The position numbers and the translations under genes are program-made. Positions 35,084 through 44,014 of a DNA stretch of 64,000 bases are shown here, one piece after another. This stretch comes from Eubacteriales bacterium (GTDB lineage Bacteria > Bacillota > Clostridia > Oscillospirales > CAG-382): the NCBI GenBank assembly GCA_045595785.1, contig JAZOBE010000034.1, positions 5,067 to 69,066 of the forward strand, written 5' to 3'. Within the stretch, counting starts at the first letter, position 1. The number at the start of each line of letters is the position of its first letter. Below the pieces are notes generated by a model. That model worked only from the letters and a program-made list of their open reading frames with translations, did not search any database and was not told the origin of the DNA.

Positions 35084-36262
35084 TTATTTCACATAAGAAT
35101 TATCAATATTAAAAACAGGGTAATAATTTCCATCAATTGTAGAAATTAAACTATTAACCTTTTCGGTAACGGCTTTATTATCCAACTTTAGATTATAAGG
35201 GATCACAACATCAAATATCAGGTTTGTATGTGTAGGGCCTGATACTACTCGGAAATCATGAATACTCACACCTTCACCGATAGTAGATAACAATTCTGCC
35301 ACTATCTCTTTAAGTTGATTGGTCAGCTCGTCGTTTTCGAGAATAGGGTCCATGTGAATAACCGCTTCACAGTTTAATTCATGCTTTAACTGTCGCTCTA
35401 TGTTGTCAATCGCATCGTGAGTTTCCATTATATCTGCGTTTCCGGAAACTTCAGCATGAAGAGATATCATAATTCTTCCGGGTCCGTAATCATGTACTAT
35501 AAGGTCATGAATGCCAAGCACACAATCCTCGGACATAACGATATTATTTATCTTTTCAACAAATTCTTTTTCGGGAGGCTGGCCCAGTAGCGGCGAAACG
35601 GTTTCCTTCGCTGCCTTTATACCATTTATTAAAATAAAAACAGAAACCGCAAGACCGCACCAAGCATCAATGTTTATATTCCATATTTTGAAGATAATCA
35701 TCGAAATGAGTATGACGGCTGTTGCAACGCAATCTGACAAAGAATCTGCGGCGGTAGCAGAAAGAGAAGGGGAGCTGATTTTTTTGTGTACAGCGCGATT
35801 ATACAGCGCCATATAACACTTTGCAATGATAGAAACGACGAGAATTGCAACAGTCAAGTAAGAAAACTCAATTTCAGCAGGAGATACGATCTTTTTTACA
35901 GATTCCATGCCCAGTTCAAAACCCATCAGAATGATGATAATTGCAACGATAAGACCTGTAATATACTCAAATCTTCCGTGACCAAACGGGTGGTCGGAAT
36001 CAGGTTTTGTACCGGAAAGCTTAAATCCGATGAGGGTGATTATGGATGTGCCTGCGTCTGACAGATTGTTAAACGCATCTGCCAAAATGGAAATAGAACC
36101 AGAGAGCATACCTGCAACAAGCTTTATAGCAAAAAGCAAGATATTGAAGAATATTCCTACGATTCCGCACATCATTCCATAAGCACGACGTACGGCAGGA
36201 CTGTTATAATTCTTACGATCTTTAATAAATAAAGCGGATAGCAACCTAATCACAGATAACAC
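35084..36262 (-). CDS. cation diffusion facilitator (CDF) family metal efflux transporter
   Basis: 392 aa with 6 TM helices. Motifs ILADAFNNLSD and DSDHPFGHGRFE. C-terminal cytoplasmic domain typical of the CzcD/FieF family. Confidence 0.85.
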   Translation of the reverse strand: MLSVIRLLSALFIKDRKNYNSPAVRRAYGMMCGIVGIFFNILLFAIKLVAGMLSGSISILADAFNNLSDAGTSIITLIGFKLSGTKPDSDHPFGHGRFEYITGLIVAIIIILMGFELGMESVKKIVSPAEIEFSYLTVAILVVSIIAKCYMALYNRAVHKKISSPSLSATAADSLSDCVATAVILISMIIFKIWNINIDAWCGLAVSVFILINGIKAAKETVSPLLGQPPEKEFVEKINNIVMSEDCVLGIHDLIVHDYGPGRIMISLHAEVSGNADIMETHDAIDNIERQLKHELNCEAVIHMDPILENDELTNQLKEIVAELLSTIGEGVSIHDFRVVSGPTHTNLIFDVVIPYNLKLDNKAVTEKVNSLISTIDGNYYPVFNIDNSYVK

Positions 36263-36313
36263 CTCACAATATGATATGCAAATTATATCATATTACGGCA
36301 TTAATTTCAATTG

Positions 36314-36682
36314 CTATTTATTTTTACTCCTGAATAATATTGACCAAATAAGTGCAAATAGTATTGCAGCGGAGATTCCAGCTGCTGTTGATTTTATCCC
36401 ACCGTATAATATTCCGAATATACCATCGGTATTTATTGCTTCCTTTACGCCCTCGGCAAGTGTGTTTCCAAAACCCGTAAGCGGAATTGCTGCACCTGCG
36501 CCCGCCCATTTAATAAGCTTAGGATAAATACCCAATGCGTTAAGCAGTACACCACCGCATACATAGCCAACAAGAATGTATGCGGGCGTCAGTTTTGTTT
36601 TATCTATTAATATTTGCGCAATGAGACATAGCGTACCGCCAACAATAAAAGCTTTCAATAATAACAAAAAATCCATTTTCAA
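36314..36682 (-). CDS. spoVAE: stage V sporulation protein AE (SpoVAEB type)
   Basis: 122 aa polytopic protein. Third gene of a spoVAC-AD-AE unit. 4-nt overlap with spoVAD. Confidence 0.8.
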   Translation of the reverse strand: MKMDFLLLLKAFIVGGTLCLIAQILIDKTKLTPAYILVGYVCGGVLLNALGIYPKLIKWAGAGAAIPLTGFGNTLAEGVKEAINTDGIFGILYGGIKSTAAGISAAILFALIWSILFRSKNK

Positions 36683-37665
36683 TACCTTTCAAAGCATACC
36701 AGATGAGCAACACTGGGAATTATTTTATTCTGTATAATGCTTTTGGGAGAAAGTAATGCTCCGGTCCCTATAAGAAGCGCGTTCTTTAATTCACCTGAGA
36801 TTAACATAGGGCATACGTGTGCGGCAAACACAGATGCGGAACATCCGCACCCGCTTCCACCTGCGCAAACGTCCTGCTTTTTCAAATCGTAGATCATTAT
36901 GCCGCAATCTGTATAGTTATCACCCAGTATAAGACCTCTGCTTTTTGCATATTCTTTTGCGAGTTCAAAACCTTCGTTGCCCAGGTCTCCGGTTGCTATA
37001 ATATCAAAATCTTTATCGCTTTTATCTGAATAGTCAAAATATCTCATTAAAGTGTCAACTGCCGCCGTCGCCATTGCCGCCCCCATATTGTTGGCGTCAG
37101 AAATGCCGTTGTCTTGGATTTTTCCGATGACCCCTTCAGTTATACGAACCGGAGAAGAATTTGTGTTCAGCAGGAAACTACCGCATCCTGTCACGGTGTT
37201 TTGGGCAGTGGGTGTGCGTTGACTGCCATATTCAAGAGGAAAACGGTATTGCCTTTCTGCAGAACAAAAATGTGAAGATGCAACCGTGCCAACAGTTAAG
37301 CCTTTTTCAGCAAACAGTGAACCGATCAATAATCCTTCTGCCGCTGTAGAACATGCACCATATAACCCGAGATAGGGAATTCCACTGTTATTCATTGCGT
37401 GGGATGTGGCGATACATTGGTCAAGCAGATCGCCTCCTGCATACAAGTCGATATCATCATATTCTAATCCGCTTTTTGTTAACAGGGATTCGATTGTGCG
37501 CCTTACCATTTCGGATTCTGATTTTTCCCAGGTGTCCTGATCAAAACGATCGTCCTTGCTGAAAGAATCGAATTTATTACCTAAGGGGCCGTTTTTTTCT
37601 TTGTTTCCTACAACGCTTGCTGTTTGCTGAAGAAATACGTTTTTATATTTGATGATATTTTTCAT
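36679..37665 (-). CDS. spoVAD: stage V sporulation protein AD (thiolase-fold)
   Basis: 328 aa. The size, the GLYGACST / GGSGCGCSA Cys-containing thiolase-like motifs and the operon context fit SpoVAD. Confidence 0.85.
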   Translation of the reverse strand: MKNIIKYKNVFLQQTASVVGNKEKNGPLGNKFDSFSKDDRFDQDTWEKSESEMVRRTIESLLTKSGLEYDDIDLYAGGDLLDQCIATSHAMNNSGIPYLGLYGACSTAAEGLLIGSLFAEKGLTVGTVASSHFCSAERQYRFPLEYGSQRTPTAQNTVTGCGSFLLNTNSSPVRITEGVIGKIQDNGISDANNMGAAMATAAVDTLMRYFDYSDKSDKDFDIIATGDLGNEGFELAKEYAKSRGLILGDNYTDCGIMIYDLKKQDVCAGGSGCGCSASVFAAHVCPMLISGELKNALLIGTGALLSPKSIIQNKIIPSVAHLVCFERY

Positions 37666-38120
37666 AACTTAATTCCCAGTCTCATAACAATATAATATAT
37701 TATTCCGTATATTACACTTGCCGCGGAACCATAAACTATTACCGGACCGGCAATTACAAACATTTGCGCCGCTACACCCTTAATATATCCCTCGCTTTTT
37801 GCTTCGATGGCAGGGGAGGCGACTGCATTTGCAAAACCGGTTATTGGAACAAGCGTACCTGCACCTGCATATTTTGCCAGCTTATCAAACCAACCGATAC
37901 CCGTAAATAAGCCGGAAAGAAATACCAAGGTTACTGAAGCCAGAGTCGCCGCTACCTTTTCATCGCTCAAAAATGCGTTATAAAGCATTGTTAACAGCTG
38001 TCCTATTACGCATATCAATCCTCCGGTTAAAAAAGCGAAAAAGCAGTTCTTAACAGAAGGCGTTCGTTTTGCACGGCTTTCCGCTAAATTAATATATTCT
38101 TGTCTATTCACAACAACCAC
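37662..38120 (-). CDS. spoVAC: stage V sporulation protein AC
   Basis: ~150 aa polytopic protein (GTLVPITGFANAVASPAIE). Paralogous to the SpoVAE-type protein. The GTG start may instead be at 38111. Confidence 0.85.
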   Translation of the reverse strand: MVVVNRQEYINLAESRAKRTPSVKNCFFAFLTGGLICVIGQLLTMLYNAFLSDEKVAATLASVTLVFLSGLFTGIGWFDKLAKYAGAGTLVPITGFANAVASPAIEAKSEGYIKGVAAQMFVIAGPVIVYGSAASVIYGIIYYIVMRLGIKL

Positions 38121-38136
38121 CTCTTTTTAATGGTTT

Positions 38137-38166
38137 TAATTTGTGCTAAAACACAAAATTTATTCA
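38137..38166 (-). promoter_or_regulatory. possible forespore sigmaG/sigmaF-type promoter of spoVA genes
   Basis: The minus strand reads tGAATAaattttgtgttttagcaCAAATTA, which approximates GHATR-N17-CATxxTA. It sits ~20 nt upstream of the RBS. Confidence 0.3.
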
Positions 38167-38172
38167 ATTCTC

Positions 38173-38200
38173 TTGACAAGTCGGTACTTTAGGGTATAAT
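38173..38200 (+). promoter_or_regulatory. putative sigmaA promoter of the acyl-AMP ligase/ACP pair (TTGACA-16 nt-TATAAT)
   Basis: Consensus hexamers at 38173-38178 and 38195-38200. Confidence 0.5.
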
Positions 38201-38215
38201 ATAAGATGAAAATTA

Positions 38216-39949
38216 ATGTGGAAGGGTATGTTTATGAATTTGAAAAAAGGCAAAGAAGTAAAAGTACGTTATCCTCTCTTTCCTTCAATGCATGATATTG
38301 TTGACTATGTAGCTGAGACTTACGGCGATAGCATATTATACAAGTATTACGTTGGTAAAGACATTCGTGAGGTTAGCTTTAATCAATATCGTAGCTGGTT
38401 TATTGGTTTTGGTACTATGCTGTTCAATCGCAACCTCAACGGTAAGCGTTTTGCCATCGTTGGTGAGAGCAAGCCTGAGTGGATGTGTGCTTATCTTTCC
38501 GTTATGTCTGCAGGCGGCGTAATAGTTCCTCTTGATAAGGAACTTTTTCCTGAGCAGATCTGCAATTTTGTTGAGTATGCGGAGTGTGACGGTGTTATCT
38601 ATACCGAATCTCACTATGAGAAAGTAAAGGGAGCTAAGCCTGCGCAGGGTATTTTCATTAATTTGGATGATTGTGCTCTTACTGCAGAACGCGGACATCT
38701 TACTTTTTCTGAGCTTGTTGCTGAAGGTAATGCTGCTTATGAATCCGGTGACAAGACCTTTGAGAGCTATCGTCCTGATACTACCGTTATGGCGGCACTT
38801 GTATTTACTTCCGGCACCACCGGCACCAGCAAAGGTGTAATGCTTTCTCAGAACAATCTTTTGTTCAACGTATACCAGTGCGTTAACGAGGTTGACTTTA
38901 CTTCTGACGACGTAAATATTTCTGCACTTCCTCTTCATCATACATACGAGTGTACTGCAGGTAATATTGCCGCAATGGTTTGCGGTGTTACCATCTGCTT
39001 TAATAACAGCCTTAAGTATTTTATGAAGAACGTTGCTATCTTTAAGCCCACCGGCTTGGTTCTCGTTCCTTTATTTGTTAATACTGTATACAGACGTATT
39101 ACTGATGAAATTGATAAAAAAGGCAAATCCGGTACTGTAAAGACAGGTATGGCTATTACCGGCGCTGCACGTAAGGTTGGTCTTGATCTCCGTAGAAGTA
39201 TGTTTAAAGAGATAATTGATAACCTTGGCGGAAACATCACAAAGATAGTTTGTGGTGGCGCAGCTGTAAATCCCGATGTAGTTAAGTGGTTTGATTCTGT
39301 TGGTATTAAGATAGAGCAGGGATACGGTATTACCGAATGTTCTCCTCTCGTTTCAGTAAATCCTTCTTCCACTCATAAACTTGGTTCTGTAGGTCGTGCA
39401 GCCATCGGTTCCAGTGTTAAGATAATCGTTGATAATAACTACGGCGTTATTTATGAGGCCGAGACTAACGAAATCGGTGAGATTTGTGTTAAGGGTCCCA
39501 ACGTAATGCTTGGTTACTACAATAATCCCGAAGCAACTAAGGAAGCTTTTACTGCAGATGGATATTTCCGCACCGGTGACTACGGATATATAGATAAGGA
39601 CGGATATATTTTCATCAGCGGAAGAAAGAAGAACATCATTGTACTCACTAACGGCAAGAACGTATATCCCGAAGAAATTGAAGAATATCTTGAAAATATT
39701 GATATTATCAAGGAATGTGTTGTTGTCGGCAGAGAAAAAGAGGATGATGTTGTCCTTACTGCAGTTCTGTTCCCTGATTATGACAAGTTCAAGGATGCGA
39801 CCGAAGAAGAGATTTCTGCTGCATTAAAGGCACAGATAATGAACGTAAACCGTCGTTTACCTTCATTTAAGCAAATCCGCGGAATTGAGATCAGACGTGT
39901 TGAGTTTGAAAAGACTCCCACTAAGAAGATCATCCGCAGTAAAATATAA
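38216..39949 (+). CDS. AMP-dependent acyl-CoA/acyl-ACP synthetase (long-chain fatty acid ligase family)
   Basis: ~571-577 aa. AMP-binding motif FTSGTTGTSKGVMLS, plus YGITE, TGDYGYIDKDGYIFISGRKKN and KIIRSKI. The likely start is ATG 38234 (the track ORF starts at 38216). Confidence 0.85.
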   Translation: MWKGMFMNLKKGKEVKVRYPLFPSMHDIVDYVAETYGDSILYKYYVGKDIREVSFNQYRSWFIGFGTMLFNRNLNGKRFAIVGESKPEWMCAYLSVMSAGGVIVPLDKELFPEQICNFVEYAECDGVIYTESHYEKVKGAKPAQGIFINLDDCALTAERGHLTFSELVAEGNAAYESGDKTFESYRPDTTVMAALVFTSGTTGTSKGVMLSQNNLLFNVYQCVNEVDFTSDDVNISALPLHHTYECTAGNIAAMVCGVTICFNNSLKYFMKNVAIFKPTGLVLVPLFVNTVYRRITDEIDKKGKSGTVKTGMAITGAARKVGLDLRRSMFKEIIDNLGGNITKIVCGGAAVNPDVVKWFDSVGIKIEQGYGITECSPLVSVNPSSTHKLGSVGRAAIGSSVKIIVDNNYGVIYEAETNEIGEICVKGPNVMLGYYNNPEATKEAFTADGYFRTGDYGYIDKDGYIFISGRKKNIIVLTNGKNVYPEEIEEYLENIDIIKECVVVGREKEDDVVLTAVLFPDYDKFKDATEEEISAALKAQIMNVNRRLPSFKQIRGIEIRRVEFEKTPTKKIIRSKI

Positions 39950-39961
39950 GAGGTACAAACA

Positions 39962-40183
39962 ATGTTTGAAAAACTTAAATCCATCCTCGTTGAGGAAATG
40001 AACATCAATGGTGACGAGATTACTCTCGAATCCGAACTTACTAACGATCTCGGCTTCAACTCTCTTGAGCTCGCAGACCTTGTTCTTCTTTGCGAAGAAA
40101 AGTTTGACATCACTTTCGATGACGAAGATCTGCCTAAGCTTATCACCGTCGGTGACGTTGTAAATTATCTGGAGAACAGATAA
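39962..40183 (+). CDS. acyl carrier protein
   Basis: 73 aa, acidic. Phosphopantetheine attachment context DLGFNSLELADLV. Lies 12 nt after the ligase gene. Confidence 0.8.
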   Translation: MFEKLKSILVEEMNINGDEITLESELTNDLGFNSLELADLVLLCEEKFDITFDDEDLPKLITVGDVVNYLENR

Positions 40184-40194
40184 AAGACAAACAT

Positions 40195-40228
40195 AAAACG
40201 CACTCCGCGAGGGGTGCGTTTTGTTTTG
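40195..40228 (+). terminator. rho-independent terminator after the ACP gene
   Basis: aaaacgcactcc-gcga-ggggtgcgtttt followed by gttttg. Confidence 0.75.
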
Positions 40229-40367
40229 ATGAAAAATTTTATAACAAAAAGTCTCTTTTGAGGCGAGTTTTTCTCGACGATGAGGGTGTTGTGTGACATA
40301 ATGTTTTTGTGCTATACTTCGTATGGAAGCAAGAGCTCGGCTTACTAATACAAATGAGGTATTAACT

Positions 40368-41420
40368 ATGAACAATATAGGAAAAAGAATAAAAGAATTG
40401 CGAAAGAAAAACGATCTTACACAAGAAAAGTTGGCGGATTATCTTGGCGTAACATATAAGGCTGTCTCAAAGTGGGAGTGTGGAGTTACTGTGCCCGACA
40501 TTTCTTTGATAATCTCGCTTGCAAAGTTATTGCACGTTACAACAGATGACTTGCTGGGCGTTAATTCTGCCAATGAAAACGAACGACGTGCCGAGATTGA
40601 AAACATGTATAAGAAGACTTGGGAGACGGGTGACTTAGAGGAACGCCACCGTGTTGCAAAGATTGGAGTTGCTGAATTTCCCGGTGAAATGAAGTATATG
40701 AGTTGGCTTGGCTGGACAACGGCAATGCTCTCTTTCTCATATGAGGATGATGAAACGTATAGAGCAGAACAAGAAAAAGCTATTAAAATATTTGAGTGTG
40801 TAATTGAGAATGCTACGGATGAACGTATCAAAGCAAGCGCTATTCAAGGGATCGTACAGTATTTGTCTTTCAGAGGACGAGACGACGATGCGCTCGAATA
40901 TGCAAAACAGTATCCGGAAAACTATTCCATGAGCAGAGAAGATGTTATTTTGACTTGTCTGCATGGCGAAGAAAAAAGGCTTCTTACTCAAAAAATGATT
41001 GATAGACATCTATCAGATATGCTTAATCTCATTGAGAGTAATTCTATGGAGGCTTGCATTGCGCAAGAGCAGATTATTAATGCAATAATTCCTGACGGTA
41101 ACTATCTGTATTATAACACCTTTCTTGTTGACAACTATGTTTCTCGTGCTGTATTCCATATGAGAGATAACGAAACGGAAAAAGCAATGGAGGCTTTGAA
41201 GAAAGCACGGAAGTTTGCTATCGACTACGATTCTTTCTTAAATGATCATGAGACATATCGTTTTACAAGTCCGTTCCTTAGTGCTGAAGAACGCAATACT
41301 GCGGATATCTGCCGTTCAGGAACCTCTACGCATAAGGAAGATTTTATCGAACGTGTGAAACGCTCGGGTTTTGACGTACTCAAAGACCGTGAAGATTTTC
41401 AAGAATTGTTAAAACAATAA
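40368..41420 (+). CDS. XRE-family HTH transcriptional regulator with a ~280-aa helical (TPR-like) C-terminal domain
   Basis: ~350 aa from the ATG at 40368. Cro/C1-type HTH IKELRKKNDLTQEKLADYLGVTYKAVSKWECG. The remainder is helical repeats, an RNPP/Rgg-like architecture. Confidence 0.75.
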   Translation: MNNIGKRIKELRKKNDLTQEKLADYLGVTYKAVSKWECGVTVPDISLIISLAKLLHVTTDDLLGVNSANENERRAEIENMYKKTWETGDLEERHRVAKIGVAEFPGEMKYMSWLGWTTAMLSFSYEDDETYRAEQEKAIKIFECVIENATDERIKASAIQGIVQYLSFRGRDDDALEYAKQYPENYSMSREDVILTCLHGEEKRLLTQKMIDRHLSDMLNLIESNSMEACIAQEQIINAIIPDGNYLYYNTFLVDNYVSRAVFHMRDNETEKAMEALKKARKFAIDYDSFLNDHETYRFTSPFLSAEERNTADICRSGTSTHKEDFIERVKRSGFDVLKDREDFQELLKQ

Positions 41421-41426
41421 ATAATC

Positions 41427-41455
41427 AAGCGGTTGCTGTAAATGCAACCGCTTTG
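41427..41455. terminator. bidirectional stem-loop between convergent genes
   Basis: aagcggttgc-tgtaaat-gcaaccgctt, a 10-bp stem. Confidence 0.7.
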
Positions 41456-41463
41456 ATAATTGT

Positions 41464-42873
41464 TTATATATGGCTGAACTTTTTATAGGCTTCGAGGTCT
41501 GCGTGCATAAGCATCCACTCAAGCTCAGCGTCACCCATTACGGTGGTTCTGCCATCGGCATAAAGCTTGTCTATTTCTTCCTTCATCGTCTGTATAAAAG
41601 GTGCATGCTTATCAACGGTAATGCCGCGTTCCTCAAGACGATAGAATCTCGTTATCCAATGTGCGATTCCCGCAAGTCCGCTATGTACGTCAACAGCAAC
41701 GGACGCAGGACGGTTAAGTATTTTTGCTGTGTTGAAAATGTTGTAAATCTCCTCGTTTTTAAGGAGACCGTCTGCATGGATACCGGCGCGGGTAACGTTA
41801 AAGTCTCTTCCGACAAAAGGAGTGCGAGGAGGTATTTCGTAAGAAAGAGCATCTTCAAAATAGCGGGCAATTTCTGTAATGACAGAAAGGTCCATGCCGC
41901 CGTCATCACCGCGAAGGGATGCGTATTCGATAGCCATCGCCTCCAACGGGCAGTTACCTGTTCGTTCACCAATACCAAGCAACGAGCAGTTAACGCCGGA
42001 TGCTCCGTAAAGCCAAGCGGTAGAAGCGTTGGTAACGACCTTGTAAAAGTCGTTATGACCGTGCCATTCTATCATATCAGATGTGATACCTGAATAATGC
42101 TGCAGGCCGTAAATAATGCCCTGAACACTTCTGGGAAGTGCGGCACCGGGGTAAGAAACACCGTATCCCATCGTATCGCAGGCACGAATCTTTATGGGAA
42201 CACCGTATTCATCGCCAAGCTCTTTCAGTGCGGAAGCGAAAGGTACAACAAAGCCATAAAAATCCGCACGGGTTATATCTTCAAAATGGCAACGGGGACG
42301 GATACCGTGTTCAAGAACTGAACGTACTATTCCGAGGTATTTATCCAAAGCACTTTGGCGTGTCATACCCATCTTTTTATATATATGATAATCCGAGCAG
42401 GAGACAAGCACGCCGGTCTCTTTAAGTCCAAGATCCTTTATAATTTGGAAATCCTTTTCGTTAGCACGGATCCAACTGGTAACTTCGGGAAATTCGTATC
42501 CCAACTCCAAGCATTTTTCAACAGCCTTGCGGTCTTTTTCTGTATAAACAAAAAATTCGCTCTGACGTACAATTCCGTTCTTGCCGCCTAATCGATGAAG
42601 CATTTTATAAAGATCAACGATCTGTTCGACAGAGAAAGGCGAAGTGGACTGCTGACCGTCACGGAATGTAGTGTCAGTGATCCAAATTTCTTCGGGCATA
42701 TTTATAGGCACATTTCTGTGGTTAAACGATACCTTTGGTATAGAATCGTATTCAAACAAATTACGATATAATTGAGGTTCAGCACGCTCCTGCAAGCGGT
42801 ATCTGTACGCGGATTGCTCTAACAGATTTGTATTTTCCGAAAAGAACAATTCGCCGGCGTGATCCTTGTGCAT
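41464..42873 (-). CDS. homocitrate synthase / 2-isopropylmalate synthase family (HMGL-like) enzyme; candidate Re-citrate synthase
   Basis: 469 aa. DRE-TIM metallolyase motif ITDTTFRDGQQS and HGHNDF. Stand-alone, with no leu or nif neighbours. Confidence 0.7.
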   Translation of the reverse strand: MHKDHAGELFFSENTNLLEQSAYRYRLQERAEPQLYRNLFEYDSIPKVSFNHRNVPINMPEEIWITDTTFRDGQQSTSPFSVEQIVDLYKMLHRLGGKNGIVRQSEFFVYTEKDRKAVEKCLELGYEFPEVTSWIRANEKDFQIIKDLGLKETGVLVSCSDYHIYKKMGMTRQSALDKYLGIVRSVLEHGIRPRCHFEDITRADFYGFVVPFASALKELGDEYGVPIKIRACDTMGYGVSYPGAALPRSVQGIIYGLQHYSGITSDMIEWHGHNDFYKVVTNASTAWLYGASGVNCSLLGIGERTGNCPLEAMAIEYASLRGDDGGMDLSVITEIARYFEDALSYEIPPRTPFVGRDFNVTRAGIHADGLLKNEEIYNIFNTAKILNRPASVAVDVHSGLAGIAHWITRFYRLEERGITVDKHAPFIQTMKEEIDKLYADGRTTVMGDAELEWMLMHADLEAYKKFSHI

Positions 42874-43031
42874 GATGTAACTCCTTTGCTTGCATTTTTA
42901 TGTATTAATGAAGAATATTATACACAAAAAGTAAAAAAAATCAACTGTCTTGGGATTATTTATTAGAATTTTGGTAACTTGGTGCGATAATTCTCTGCGT
43001 ATAGTATATTAATAGTGCAATTTGCCGTAAC

Positions 43032-43072
43032 AAAAACAAACATCACGATTAAGTGAAATAATCGTGATGTTT
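43032..43072 (-). terminator. rho-independent terminator after recR
   Basis: The minus strand reads aaacatcacgatt-atttcactt-aatcgtgatgttt followed by gtttttg. Confidence 0.75.
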
Positions 43073-43076
43073 CTTA

Positions 43077-43664
43077 TTAAAATTCAGTTCTGCCTTCGAT
43101 AGCTTTGAGAAGCGTTACACTATCTGCGTATTCAAGTGTTGCGCCGACGGGCAGACCGTAAGCGAGTCGTGTGACCTTGATACCCAAAGGTTTTATCAAT
43201 CGACTCAAATACATTGCAGTAGCTTCACCCTCTACGCTTGGATTGGTAGCGATAATTACTTCTTTGATATCTTCGTTAAGACGGGCGAGCAGTTCTTTTA
43301 TCTTAAGCTTGTCTGGACCGATGCCGTCAATAGGCGAAATAACACCGTGAAGGATATGGTATGTTCCGTGAAATTCGTGCAGCTCCTCAACTGCTTCGGC
43401 GGCGCGAGTATCCTCTACAACGCATATAACGCTTTTATCGCGGCTTTCGTTGGAGCACACAACACACAGACCGTCCTCGGAAAAAGTCATACAGCGGGGG
43501 CATAAAGTAACGTGCTTTTTTGCGCCGAGAATCGCCGCGGCGAAGTCCTCAGCTTCTGTTTCGGGTAATGATAAAACGTGATATGCCAAACGTATTGCAG
43601 ACTTTTTTCCTATTCCCGGAAGGGATGCAAATTTACTTATAAGCTTTTCAAGACTTGGCGTCAT
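43077..43664 (-). CDS. recR: recombination protein RecR
   Basis: 195 aa. HhH motif LPGIGKKSA, zinc finger CPRC...CVVC, Toprim domain. Confidence 0.95.
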   Translation of the reverse strand: MTPSLEKLISKFASLPGIGKKSAIRLAYHVLSLPETEAEDFAAAILGAKKHVTLCPRCMTFSEDGLCVVCSNESRDKSVICVVEDTRAAEAVEELHEFHGTYHILHGVISPIDGIGPDKLKIKELLARLNEDIKEVIIATNPSVEGEATAMYLSRLIKPLGIKVTRLAYGLPVGATLEYADSVTLLKAIEGRTEF

Positions 43665-43665
43665 A

Positions 43666-44004
43666 TCAGAACATACCAGGCATACCGAGAGAGCCGGTTA
43701 TTTTCTCCATCTCAGCAGCATTTGTGCTTTCAACAGTCTTTATAGCTTCGTTAACAGCGGCAACGAGGATATCCTGCAGTGTTTCAACATCGTCGGGGTC
43801 AACGATTTCAGGCTTTACTTCTATAGAAAGAATTTCCTTCTTTCCGTTAATCTTTACGGTCGCCATTCCGCCGCCTGCGTTGACGGTATACTCTTTAGCA
43901 TCAAGTTCTTCTTGAAGTGCAGTCATATCTTCCTGCATCTTCTGAGCCTGTCTGATCATTTGGTTCATGTTTCCGGGACCTTGGTTGGGAATTCTTACTT
44001 TCAT
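43666..44004 (-). CDS. ybaB: YbaB/EbfC family nucleoid-associated protein
   Basis: 112 aa. Motif MIRQAQKMQEDM...GGGMATVKINGKKE. Conserved dnaX-ybaB-recR order. Confidence 0.9.
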   Translation of the reverse strand: MKVRIPNQGPGNMNQMIRQAQKMQEDMTALQEELDAKEYTVNAGGGMATVKINGKKEILSIEVKPEIVDPDDVETLQDILVAAVNEAIKTVESTNAAEMEKITGSLGMPGMF

Positions 44005-44014
44005 ATTTCCTCCG

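Noticed and set aside
40227-40259. 10-codon ORF (MKNFITKSLF) upstream of the XRE/TPR regulator, considered as a signalling pro-peptide
   Set aside because: It has no RBS. It overlaps the U-tract of the ACP terminator. It has no secretion signal and is too short for known RNPP pro-peptides.
42874-43031. ~160-nt A/T-rich region upstream of the citrate-synthase-like gene, considered as a riboswitch or T-box leader
   Set aside because: I could identify no conserved riboswitch core, specifier/T-box sequence or terminator/antiterminator alternative. It is most simply a promoter region.
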